Notes: a model not told the origin generated them from the sequence alone. Counted from the first letter of the stretch, positions 1-10,999 are shown. The stretch is DNA of 64,000 nt from the human T2T-CHM13v2.0 reference genome, Homo sapiens (GCF_009914755.1 NC_060927.1); one strand, 5' to 3'. A program made the numbers and translations.

Positions 1-275
1 GGGTGTTATAAACATTTTAACAATATTAATCCTTCCATACCACGAACATAGATGTCTTTCAATTTATGTGTTTCCTCTTTCATTTCCTTTGTCAACATAT
101 TATAATTTTCAGTGGACGTGTCTTTCACCATTTTGTTAAGTTTATTCCTGTGTATTTTATTTTTTCTGTTGCTAATTGTAAATGAGATTGTGTTCTTTCC
201 TTTTTTCATTGTTTGTTGTTTGTAAATAGAAATGCTGCTAATTTTTGTATGTTGATTTTGTATCCTGCAACTGTA
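1..275 (-). mobile_element. Old L1 (L1M) ORF2 fragment
   Basis: Antisense L1 ORF2-type text (tttattcctgtgtattttatt...gttgattttgtatcctgcaac); ORF 6..209 resembles L1 ORF2 (ENYNMLTKEMKEET...ILLK). Confidence 0.8.
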
Positions 276-279
276 CTGT

Positions 280-1495
280 ACACTTGAGGAAGTGATTACT
301 TCTTTAGACTTTGTAGATTGGTTTTGTCAGGGTCAGACCTTTTCCACATAGTTCAGCGTGGAGTTTTGGCTAAGCCAGCTGGTAGCATATAGGATCAGGC
401 ATGTTGTGCCACCAGGGTCCCTGGTCAAGCAGGACCCACTGCCAGTGCTCTGTGGCTGAGTGGTGCCCACTGATTGTGCTCTGCTACCTGGCAGAATCAG
501 CTGGCTGGGCACCATGGTCAGTTGGGGCTAGTTGGGGGAATGTCCGAAGTTGAGTATGGCTATCTAGGGGGATTTCTACAGTCAGACAAGGTCAGTGGCT
601 GGGCTCCAAAGTCAGGTGGGACCAGTTGGAAGAGCCCTGTAGTTAGACAGGGACACTGGTGGAACTCTACAGTAAGAAGGGACATCTGGCTGGGCTCTGT
701 GGTCTGACAGGGCTGCTCTCTGGGCTCTGCATTCAGGTGAGCAGGGCTTCTAGCTAGGCTCTGCATTCAGTTGGGGCTGCTGGTCATGCTCCCTGATTGA
801 GCAGGGTGCTGGAAGTGCCCCCTGATCCGGCAGGGCTGCTGGCTGGGCTCCCTGGTATGAGAGGGCTACTGTCTGGACTCTCTGGTCAGGTAGAGCCACT
901 GAGTGTGCTCCATCATTGGGTAGGGCCAGTTGGAGGACCTTCACACTTAGGCAGGGCTGGATGAGTGGACTCTGGTTGGGCGAGGCTGCCTGTTTGGGTA
1001 AGGCAACTGGTGGAAATATGGAGACTCCACAAAGATCTGCATACTGCTGCTGAAATTCCCACAACTCTTTTTCTTTGTTCATAACTCTCTCCTGTCAGTC
1101 TATCCAGGCCAATCCCCCGAGTATTCCATGTGAAGTGAAACTGATTTGGGGCTCTTCTGTATGTCTCTGATATGCTGGGGAAATTGAACAGCCACCTCAG
1201 TCTCCTTCTCTCCCACTGGAGAAGTTATAGGCCAAGGGGATCTTTCTTGGCATGGCTCTGTGCTGGCTTGCTGGAGGGGCAACACGGGCCAAAGTGAAAT
1301 CATTCCTCTTACCTCTTTTAATATAGCTTTTCTGTTTCTATGCTCTACTGGGTGCTGCAATTTTATCCCAGTGATCTAGACTTCTTACAAAGGCATTCTT
1401 GTCTATGAATAGTTACTAACTCTGTAAGAAGACTAGAGAATTTCTGTGAAGGGTCTTGGACTGGGGCCCTCTCATTCTGCCATTTTGCTGAAACC
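280..1495 (-). mobile_element. Old L1M 5'UTR region with degenerate ~30-bp repeats
   Basis: GC-richer block ending in ctgccattttgctg (~1477-1490, antisense of the L1 5'-terminal caagatggc motif); periodic ggctgggctc...cagggctgct units. Confidence 0.6.
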
Positions 1496-2246
1496 CATGT
1501 ATGTAGTGATTTTTTGTCAAAAAAAAGCAACTATCAAAAACTCTTTTTGGGGAAATAAGACATTTATAAGCTATTTTAATATTTTCCTCTGGTTAATTCA
1601 CCTTCTTGCTAGAGAAGTTTGAGAAGATCTTTTTGAAAGCTTTTATTTTTTTCAGTAATTACATTGAGAGCAAGCCATAGTGTGTGTGTGTTTTTCAAAG
1701 AAAATGTTTTTAGTTCCTTTATTTTCTAGAAACTGATTAACATCTGAATTAATTTCAACTTTGTCATGTTCATATTTCTCTTGTTTAGAAAGTTTTTAAA
1801 CCAGAGTAAGAATTTTTATGTTTATGATACCATTTGTATGGTCAATTGACTTTTGTTGTGTTTGTTTAGAGGAATTTTGGAAGTATAGAAGAATGTTTTA
1901 TAATAAATCAAATGTCTTATTAAACATTTTGGTGTAGTATATTAAGACATCTAAAGATGTTAATGGTTTTTTTTTAATCTTAATGTTATTATATCAAAAG
2001 AATATCAATGTCTTGTTGGTACCTAGAAACACCATGGTCTACCAGAATATTGAAAAATAGTATTGTGATCTCAGTTTCTTATCCAGAATTCTTCAATTAG
2101 ATAAGTCATACAGAATCTGGAATTGTTACTCTAACTCTCTTCTCTTTGAGAAAACAAAATAGAAATGTTCTTCCTTCTATGGAAAAATGAAGAAGGTAAA
2201 GTAGTATTCCTCTCTAACACCTTTTCATCTCTTTAAATAAAACACA

Positions 2247-2540
<294 letters not shown>

Positions 2541-2749
2541 ACCCACAAACTGTTTACTTTCTCATCAGCAGCCCCCTACTTACCTCTTCAACAACATTGA
2601 ATATCATTCATCTCCTTGTCATGACACTTTGGCCACACTGGTTTTCTTTTTGGTTCCTGAATTGCTATGCTCTTTTCTACCTGTGGACCTTTGCATAGAA
2701 TGATATCGTTGCAAGAAATGTTTTTTCTCTAGAGCTGTGTCAGCTGGTT

Positions 2750-4200
2750 TTCTTTTTTAACTTTTAATTTTCATGGGTATATAGTAAGTGTATATACTTA
2801 TGGGGTACATGAAATATTTTGATAAATGCATGCAATGCATAATAATTACATGGGAAAATGGGGTATCCATCACTTGAACATTTATCCTTTGTGTTACAAC
2901 CTATTATACTCTTTTCGTTATTTTAAAATGTATAATTAAACTATTATTGACTATAGTCACCCTGTTGTGTTATCAAATATTAGGTCTTATTCATTCTTTC
3001 TAATTATTATTTTGTATGTATTAACTATCCTCACTTCCCTCCCACAATCCCCCCTCATTCTTCCCAGCCTCTGGTAACTATCCTTCTACCCTCTCTATCT
3101 CTATGAGTTCAATTGTTTTAATTTTTAGCTCCCACAAATAAGTGAGAACATGAGAAATTTGTCTCTTTGTGTCTGGCTTATTTCACTTCACATGATGACC
3201 TCCAATTTCATCCATGTGGTTACAAATGACACGATCTCATTTTTTTAATGGCTGAGTAGTGCCCCCTGTGTATATATACATTTCTTTATCCATTCATCTG
3301 TTGGTGGACACTTAGGTTGCTTCCAAATCTTGGCTATTATGAATACTGCTGCAAAAAACAGTGGAGTGTAGATATCTCTCTGATATACTGATTTCCTATC
3401 TTTGGGGCTGTGTAGAGAAAACTCTTTAATCATATTTTTCCTCTACTCTCACACCACAATAGTCATCAACACAGAAGACTTCTGTGACCATTTGTGTGGG
3501 ATTCTTTTCCCCACACACCAAGCAGCAGACATCAGCTGTTAATTCCGTTCGACGCTACCCAAAGATAGTGTCATATCCCCCAAGTTGAGGGCTCAGTCCC
3601 CATGCCCTTCCCCCACCACACCAGTCTGGGCCTCTGTAACTTCTGACCAACCAGCTTCAAGTTGGGGTTCGTTCCCATGACCCTCTCTTTGAGTTCAATT
3701 AATTTGCTGAAGTGGCTCCGAAAATTCAAGGAAACACTTACTTACATTTACTGGTTTACTATAAAGGATATTGCAAAGAATAAAAATAAAGAGACATGTG
3801 GGATGAGGTGTAGGGGAAGGGGTGTGGAGCTTCCATGCCATCCCTAGGAACACCACCCTGCAGGTACCTCCATGTGTTCAGGTATCCAAGAACTCTCTGA
3901 ACCATGTGCCCTTAGATTTTCATGATGTCAGCATTCCTTCCCCCAGGGTATAGGGTGGGACTCCCGTCATGGGAGGGCCGTAAGACCCACAATCAGAAAG
4001 TCAAGCTAAGATTAGAGTCTTGCTTTGGGTCAAGTGAAAGGAGGGCAGAAGAAGGTTAGAGGCCCACCCCTGAGGCCTAACATACCCAACATTGTAACAA
4101 AAGATTGTAACAAGGGCTTTGGGAGTTATGAGCCAGAATCCATCCATGAAAACCAATACACTTCATAACACCATGTGGGTACACACCCAGCAGCGGGATT
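2750..4200 (-). mobile_element. L1MA (L1MA1/2-like) 3' end, interrupted by a MER21 LTR
   Basis: Antisense L1MA 3'UTR (ggggtacatgaaatattttgata...ctatagtcaccctgttgtg); ORF2 C-terminal frame 3245..3433; resumes as gggtacacacccagcagcgggatt after 4175. Confidence 0.85.
3409..4175 (-). mobile_element. MER21-family solo LTR
   Basis: Reverse complement begins tggtgttatg...tggttttc...ggctcataactccc...cccttgttaca, as in recalled MER21A/B; splits the host L1. Confidence 0.75.
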
Positions 4201-4204
4201 CTTG

Positions 4205-4522
4205 CCATTCAGGTGACAGGTGACTTCCTATGTCCCCACAGAGGCCTTCCCTGACCACTCCATCTATAGGAACTACTGGTCACTCTCTGTTTCATCACTG
4301 AATGTATTGATTCATTGTCTCAATTTCACTACTGAATTTTATTTCTTCATCATTTATTTATCTATTTATTCCTTTCTGTTGTCTCCATGTCTGCCTCATA
4401 AGTGAGCCATGAAAGGGGAAACTAACTACCTTGTTCATTACTATATCCTCAGCACCTAGAACAATGCTTGGGACATAGTTGTCACTCAGGTAGTATTTGT
4501 TATATGAGTGAATGAATGAATT
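4205..4522 (+). mobile_element. L2 3' end (probable continuation of an L2 piece at ~2560-2745)
   Basis: gaggccttccctgacc...cagcacctagaacaatgcttgggacatag...tgaatgaatgaa terminus. Confidence 0.75.
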
Positions 4523-4561
4523 AATTAATTCTCTTTCATATTAATTGTAGTAGGAAGAAAT

Positions 4562-5303
4562 TGTCAGAGTAGGCAGATAGCTAGACATAAGCAGCAAGAG
4601 GAGGGGAGCCACTGAGGAAAAGGGAAGTATGGAAAATCTCACACCCCAGGGACCACCCAAAACATGTAGGCTGGATATAAGCAAAGAGATGGGGAAATAC
4701 TTATGTGGGAAGAATCGCCCCCTTAAGACACCCAGTAATCACCCACTCTGCAATTAACCTGTCGGAATGTAGCTAGCTACATGCTAATAAAGAGGGAAAG
4801 AGGGTGAAGGAGAAATTCCTAAGAGATATGCAGGCATAAAAAGTACAGATTTAACTGCCATACAGCCTTCCTGGGGTGATGGTAATGAGCAATGTAGCCA
4901 TTAGGTAGAATTTGTGTCCAACACAAGGTCCACACATGCACGCCAACTAATAGACAGAATCCCACAAATCTGAGGCAGGAACTAGGCAGGGAAAAGGCAA
5001 GGACTTAAGGCAGCAGCAGGAAAAACTAGATGAAGGAAAAAGGTGGAGACTTAACACAGAGATGAGAACTTCAAGAAAAAATCCGTCATAAAAACCCAAT
5101 GCAGAACTCTTGAGGCTACTGCTGGCTCATTCTCTGTTAGTAGCCCACTGTGCCTCATCTTTTGGAGTGTACTGTCTGTCTAAATAAACTCTGTGCTCTA
5201 ATTTTGCTTCAATAAATTCTCTTTTTGGGCTAAGTGGTCTCTTGGTAGGATTCTTTCTTACAAGTAAGCCTAAGAACAGAGGACTCTGCTCTTCCCAGTA
5301 ACA
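4562..5303 (+). mobile_element. ERV1 solo LTR (MER50-like)
   Basis: TG...CA ends (tgtcagagtagg...cagtaaca), exact 4-bp TSD AAAT at 4558-4561 and 5304-5307, AATAAA near 5182 and 5211. Confidence 0.75.
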
Positions 5304-5459
5304 AAATCACATTAATTATTTCCATGAACTTGTCACCCAGGAGTATCTGGCTTCCCATCCCTGACACCTTTTAATCTCTCAAAAAACATTTGTCTGGGGT
5401 TATTCTACTCTTTTAATACTCCTATTAAACTCTACTATTAAAAAAACCAAACTTATTCA

Positions 5460-5912
5460 TTTCATGCGCGTCCGTGTGAAGAGACCACCAAACAGGCTTT
5501 GTGTGAGCAACGTGGCTGTTTATTTCACCTGGGTGCAGGCGGGCTGAGTCCGAAAAGAGAGTCAGCGAAGGGAGATAAGGGTGGGGCCGTTTTATAGGAT
5601 TTGGGTAGGTAAAGGAAAATTACAGTCAAAGAGGGTTTGTTCTCTGGCAGGCAGGAGTGGGGGTTGCAAGGTGCTCAGTGGGGGTGATTTTTGAGCCAGG
5701 ATGAGCCAGGAAAAGGACTTTCACAAGGTAATGTCATCACTTAAAGCAAGGACCGGCCATTTACACTTCTTTTGTGGTGGAAGGTCATCAGTTAAGGTGG
5801 GGCAGAGCATATTCACTTCTTTTGTGATTCTTCAGTTACTTCAGGCCATCTGGGCATATACGTGCAAGTCACAGGGGATGCGATGGCTTGGCTTGGGCTC
5901 AGAGGCCTGACA
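5460..5912 (-). mobile_element. LTR7, 3' LTR
   Basis: Minus strand TGTCAGGCCTCTGAGCCCAAG...CATGAAA; AATAAA at 5519-5524. Confidence 0.97.
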
Positions 5913-5925
5913 TTCCTGCCGTCTT
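5913..5925 (-). other. Polypurine tract of HERV-H
   Basis: AAGACGGCAGGAA immediately 5' of the 3' LTR. Confidence 0.75.
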
Positions 5926-6080
5926 ATATTAATAAGAAAAATAAAACAAAATAGTGTTGAAGTGTTGGGGTGGCAAAAATTTTTGGGGGGTGATATGGAG
6001 AGAGAATGGGCGATGTTTCTCAGGGCTGCTTCGAGCGGGATTAGGGGCGGCGTGGGAACCTAGAGTGGGAGAGATTAAAA

Positions 6081-6260
6081 TTTTAGTTTCCTGACTTGGG
6101 ACATGTTGAATAAAGCTAATTTGCCAGTCCTGGGTGGGGGCAAATCCTCGAGCTTGATGTGTAAGGAAGGGAGGGGGCCTGAATAATCCCTGAGGAATAG
6201 TAGAACAGCAGATGGAACACTGAGAAATTATTTCCTTGAGGATAGATTTCCACGATGGAA
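6081..6260 (-). pseudogene. pol: HERV-H integrase N-terminal remnant
   Basis: Minus frame CSICCSTIPQGLFRPPPFLTHQARGFAPTQDWQISF: CxxC of the HHCC finger and a degenerate DWQxDF motif, then truncated. Confidence 0.8.
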
Positions 6261-7057
6261 AGGAAATGAGAGGTTCTGAGAGGCAGGCTAGTGGCTTGTA
6301 CTATAGCATAGCCTGCCTTTGCTGGTGTGTGGCGATTAGGCCTGGTGGAACCACCATCAATAAATCAAGCGTGATCGGGGTGAGGAACAGGAAAGAAGGA
6401 AATATGGGGAAATGGGGTGAATGTCAGGTGGATCAGAGAGATAGTCATGGGGGTCAGGTGTGGTATCAGGAATAATGTGGGAGGCCAGATTGAAGTCTGG
6501 GCCAGGAACAACGGTAATTGTGGGAGACTCAACAAGGAGTGAGTACAGCTGAAGGAGCTGGGAAGCAGAAAGTATATGTGTCAGGTATGAGGAAGAAAAT
6601 AGATTTTGGAAGTTATGAGAACTGTAGAGAGTGAGTTGAGCATAGTTTGTGATTTTGAGGGCCTCTAAAAGTATTAAAGCAGCGGCAGCCGCTGCACGCA
6701 GACATGAGGGCTAGGCTAAAACAGTAAGGTCAAGTTGTTTGGACAGAAAGGCTACAGGGTGCGGTCCTGGCTCTTGTGTAAGAATTCTGACCACGCTAAC
6801 CATGCCTAGGAAGGAAAGGAGTTGTTGTTTTGTAGAAGGTGCTGGGGTTTGAGAGATCAGTCGGACACGATTGGCAGGGAGAGCACGTATGTTTTTATGA
6901 GAATTATGCCGAGATAGGTAACAGATGAGGAAGAAATTTGGGCTTGATTGAAGTAATGGGGGCTGTCTGTGAAGCTTTGCGGCAGTACAGCCTAGGTAAT
7001 TTGCTGAGCTTGATGGGTGTCAGGGTCAGTCCAAGTGAAAGCGAAGAGAGGCTGGGA

Positions 7058-7423
7058 TTAAGGGTGCAAAGGAATAGTAAAGAAGGCATGTTTGAGATCC
7101 AGAACAGAATAATGGGTTGTAGAGGCAGGTATTGAGGATAGGAGAGTATATGGGTTTGGCACCATGGGGTGGATAGGCAAAACAATTTGGTTGATAAGGC
7201 GCAGATCCTGAACTAACTTGTAAGGGTTGTCTGGTTTTAGGACAGGTAAAATGGGGGAATTGTAAGGAGAGTTTATAGGCTTTAAAAGGCCATACTGTAG
7301 CAGGCGAGTGATAACAGGCTTTAATCTTTTTAAAGCGTGCTGCGGGATGGGATATTGGCGTTGAGTGGGGTAAGGGTGATTAGGTTTTAATGAGATGGTA
7401 AGGGGTGCATGATTGGTCGCCAA
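7058..7423 (-). pseudogene. pol: HERV-H reverse transcriptase N-terminal fragment
   Basis: QYPIP...SPYNSPILPVLKP...YKLVQDLRLIN...SVLDLKHAFFTIPLHP*, gammaretroviral RT motifs with a premature stop. Confidence 0.93.
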
Positions 7424-7575
7424 GGAGGGAGTAGAGGTATCTTATACTTGTGGGTTAAGGTGGGGGGATAGAAGAGGAGGACGCAAAGGAGGCTTTGGAT
7501 TGGGAAGAAGGGCGGCAATGAGATATAGCTGTAGTCCAGGATAGTCAGGGAAGCAGATAATTTAGTTAAAGTGTC

Positions 7576-7800
7576 TCAGCCTAATAAGGGAACTGGGCAG
7601 GTGGGGATAACTAAAAAGGAGTGCTTAAAAGAGTATTGTCTAAGTTGGCACCAGAGTTGGGGAGTTTTAAGAGGTTTAGAAGCCTGGCCTTCAATACCCA
7701 CAACAGTTATGGAGGCAAGGGAAACAGGCCCTTGAAAAGAAGGTAATGGGGAGTGAGTAGCCTCCGTATTGATTAAGAAGGGGACGGGCTTACCTTCCAC
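7576..7800 (-). pseudogene. pro: HERV-H protease remnant (catalytic motif lost)
   Basis: VPFLINTEATHS corresponds to FLxDTGA with D->N and G->E. Confidence 0.85.
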
Positions 7801-7980
7801 TGTGAGAGTTACCCGAAGCTCGGCATCCGTGATGGTCTAGGGGGCTCACGAGGCGATCGGGCAGTGTCAGTCTTCAGCCACTAAGCCGAGAAGATCTGGG
7901 AAGGAGTCAGTCAGAGAGCCTTGGGCCAGAGTTCCAGGGCCTCTGGGAGTGGCTGCCAGGTGAGTTGAACAGTCCGATTT

Positions 7981-8193
7981 TCAGTGGGGTCCCACACAGA
8001 TGGGACGCGGCTTAGGAGGAATCCTGGGCTGCGGGCATTCCTTGGCCCAGTGGCCAGATTTCCGGCACGTGTAGCAAGCTCCTGGGGGAGGAGGTTCTGG
8101 AGGAACGCCTGGCCACTGCGGTTCAGGTGTTTGGAAGTTCTTGTGTGCTGGAGATGTGGCTGGGGTTTGTCTCACAGTGGAGGCAAGGAACAT
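7981..8193 (-). pseudogene. gag: HERV-H gag nucleocapsid remnant
   Basis: CYTCRKSGHWAKEC CCHC zinc knuckle, followed by a degenerate second knuckle (PICVGPH). Confidence 0.88.
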
Positions 8194-9177
8194 TGCAACT
8201 TTTTTCTATTATTGTACGCCTTGAAGGCGAGGTTAATTAAATCTTGTTGTGGGGTTTGAGGGCCGGAATTTAATTTTTGGAGTTTTAGTGTCAGGAGCAG
8301 ATTGGGTAATAAAATGTATTTTGAGAATAAGACGGTCTTTTGCCTTTTAGGGTCTAGGACTGTAAAGTGTCTCAGGGTTGCTGCCAAACAAGTCATGAAC
8401 TGGGCTGGATTTTTATATTTGATGAAAAAGAGCCTAAACGCTATCTGATTTGGGATAAAGAAAAAGGAGCATTAATCTTGACTATGCCTTTGGCTCCAGC
8501 CACCTTTTTAAGAGTAAATTGCTGGGCAGGTGGGGGAGGGCTAGTCACGGAACGAAACTGTAAGTCAGACCAGGTGTGAGGAGGGGAGGTGATAAAAAGA
8601 TTATAGGGTGGAGGAGCAGAGGCTGAGGAAGAATTGAGACCTAGCTCAGCCTGGCGAGGAGCAGGCTGGGGAGGAAGGGAGAGGTCAGATGGGTCTGTAG
8701 AAAAGGAAGATTAGAAAGACTCAGCAACACTTGGGGTTGGTACTGAGCGGACAGGCGGGAGGGAAAGAAGGAAGATTTGGGACGAGTTGCACTGGGCACA
8801 GAGACTAGGATGGGACTGATGTGTAAAAGAATGCCTGGACGTCAGGCACCTCAGACCATTTGCCTATTTTACGACAAGAATTATTTAGATCTTGCAGGGT
8901 GGAAAAATTCAAAGTGCCATTTTCTGGCTATTTGGAACTACTGTCGAGTTTGTACTGGGGTCAAGTGGCATTGCAGAAGAAAATAAGGCATTTAGGTTTT
9001 AGGTCAGGTATGAGTTGAAGAGGTTTTAAGTTTTTGAGAACACAGGCCAAGGGAGTAGAAGGAGGAATGGAGGGTGGAAGTTTGCCCATAGTGAAGGAAG
9101 GAAGCCTAGAGAAAAGAGAGTAGAGAAATGGAGGGAAGGGGTTCGGGGGTTCTTACCTTCCAGAAAAGTGGGAAAAG

Positions 9178-9352
9178 GGGTTGGAGCACAGAGATAAGAG
9201 GTCAGGGCACAGAAATAAGGGATGGGGCGCAGAGATATGAGGTTGGGGTGTGGAAATAAGGGATTGGGGCACAGAGATAAGAGGTTGGGGTGCAGAAATA
9301 AGGGATTGGAGCACAGAGATAAGAGGTTGGGGTGCGGAAATAAGCGATTGGG
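9178..9352. repeat. ~21-bp tandem repeat array in the HERV-H leader (~8 units)
   Basis: Alternating ggggcacagagataagaggtt / ggggtgcagaaataagggatt units. Confidence 0.9.
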
Positions 9353-9809
9353 GGGTTCTTGCCCCCTAGGAAAGCAGGACTTGCCGCTAAGGGTGAAGGA
9401 GAAGGGGTTGAGGGGTACTTGCCCCTGCCCCAGGAAAGCAGAGAAGGGGTAGAGACAAGGAGAGAAGGGGTTGAGGTACGTGCCCCTTCCCCAGAAAAGC
9501 GGGACTTGCCGTTAAGGGTGAAGGACCAAGGCAGGCGTCCCTGCGTGTTCTGACACCCTTGAAACGTGGGTGTATAATCAGAGAGGCATCCCTGCAATGA
9601 TTAAACACCAAGGGAAGGCTGCCTTCCCAGTCTGTGACCGGCGCCGGAGTTTTGGGTCCACGGATAAAACGTGTCTCTTTTGTCTCTACCAGAAAATGAA
9701 AGGAATTGAAATTAAGAGAAGGGAGAGATTGAAGTGTAGCGCCAAGATTGAAAGGAGAAAGAGGTTGAGGGATAGTGAGGGAAGTTGGAGAAGAGAGTAA
9801 AAAGAGGCC

Positions 9810-9818
9810 GCTTACCGG
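9810..9818 (-). promoter_or_regulatory. HERV-H major splice donor
   Basis: TCAAATCCG|GTAAGC on minus, exon ends at 9816. Confidence 0.85.
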
Positions 9819-9941
9819 ATTTGAAATTGGTGAGATGTTTCTTGGGCTGGTCGATCTCAGGACCTGAGGTCGTAGGTGGATCTTTCTCACGGAGCAAAGA
9901 GCAGGAGGACGGGGGATTGATCTCCCAAGGGAGGTCCCCCG

Positions 9942-9959
9942 ATCCGAGTCACGGCACCA
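9942..9959 (-). other. Primer-binding site, tRNA-His
   Basis: TGGTGCCGTGACTCGGAT, the 18-nt complement of the tRNA-His 3' end, 2 nt from the 5' LTR. Confidence 0.96.
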
Positions 9960-9961
9960 AA

Positions 9962-10415
9962 TTTCATGCGCGTCTGTGTGAAGAGACCACCAAACAGGCT
10001 TTGTGTGAGCAACATGGCTGTTTATTTCACCTGGGTGCAGGTGGGCTGAGTCCGAAAAGAGAGTCAGCGAAGGGAGATAGGGGTGGGGCCGTTTTATAGG
10101 ATTTGGGTAGGTAAAGGAAAATTACAGTCAAAGAGGGTTTGTTCTCTGGTGGGCAGGAGTGGGGAGTCGCAAGGTGCTCAGTGGGGGTGCTTTTTGAGCC
10201 AGGATGAGCCAGGGAAAGGACTTTCACAAGGTAATGTCATCACTTAAGGCAAGGACCGGCCATTTACACTTCTTTTGTGGTGGAATGTCATCAGTTAAGG
10301 TGGGGCAGGGCATATTCACTTCTTTTGTGATTCTTCAGTTACTTCAGGCCATCTGGGCATATACGTGCAAGTCACAGGGGATGCGATGGCTTGGCTTGGG
10401 CTCAGAGGCCTGACA
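9962..10415 (-). promoter_or_regulatory. LTR7, 5' LTR (promoter)
   Basis: TATAAAA at 10092-10098, GC/GT box ~10080-10089, ACAAAAGA at 10271-10278 and 10321-10328. Confidence 0.95.
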
Positions 10416-10420
10416 ATTCA

Positions 10421-10880
10421 CATATATAGCATTGATGATTCTAAAAGCCTTATTTGTTTATCTTTCACATTGATATGTAATTGTTCTGAAATTTATTTTT
10501 GTGAGGAAGAAGTTGATATGTGCTTTTTCCATGTGAATATCCAATGGTCCCATCCATTTCTCACTGCACCGCTATATCATATTTTTCATAAATCAGATGA
10601 ATCTGCTTCTGAACTCTCTATTCTCTACCATTGGTAATTTTAATCTATATTTGAGCCACACTGTCTTAACTACTAAATATATATAAGAGTATAATTAACT
10701 ATGGTTTTTAACAGATCTTTATGTTTAGTACAAGTCCTCTAGTTTTTTTTCTTCTTCTTCCTCAGGCTTGCCTTGCCCATTTCTAAACTTTTACATTTTC
10801 ATATAAATTTCAGATTAATGTTATCCATTTCTGAAAAACAAAAACTCCTGCCAGTATCTGATTGAGATTGATTTAGTAGT
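10421..10880 (-). mobile_element. Old L1M fragment (host site of HERV-H)
   Basis: Antisense L1 ORF2-like text (ttttccatgtgaatatccaa...ttttcatataaatttcaga...tgattgagattg). Confidence 0.6.
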
Positions 10881-10999
10881 TTAAATTAAAACTGTATGAC
10901 AAAATATTTTGTAACCATTAAAATTATACACACAATGAATTTAGGAAAACTCAAGAAAAACATTTTTAGTAATATTAATAATAGCAACTAATATTATCC

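Larger units (their letters stand above)
9387..10067 (-). other. Uninterrupted ESRG/HESRG-like leader reading frame (CTG start, 226 aa); translation unproven
   Basis: Manual translation LTLFSDSAHLHPGEINSHVAHTKPVWWSLHTDAHEIWCRDSDRG... continues in frame into ORF 9387..9890, ending GAGASTPQPLLLHP*; no in-frame ATG. Confidence 0.5.
5460..10415 (-). mobile_element. HERV-H provirus (LTR7-HERVH-int-LTR7), deleted form, 4956 bp
   Basis: Two ~453-bp LTRs, TSD ATTCA at 5455-5459 and 10416-10420, His PBS, and gag/pro/pol remnants in the expected order. Confidence 0.98.

Noticed and set aside
7058-8396. Functional HERV-H Gag/Pro/Pol
   Set aside because: Frames are short and broken, the protease DTG motif is mutated, RT stops before the YxDD motif and the integrase core is missing
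9178-9352. CRISPR-like array
   Set aside because: Tandem units without unique spacers, inside a retroviral leader in a mammalian genome
9942-9959. tRNA-His gene
   Set aside because: Only the 18-nt PBS; no tRNA body
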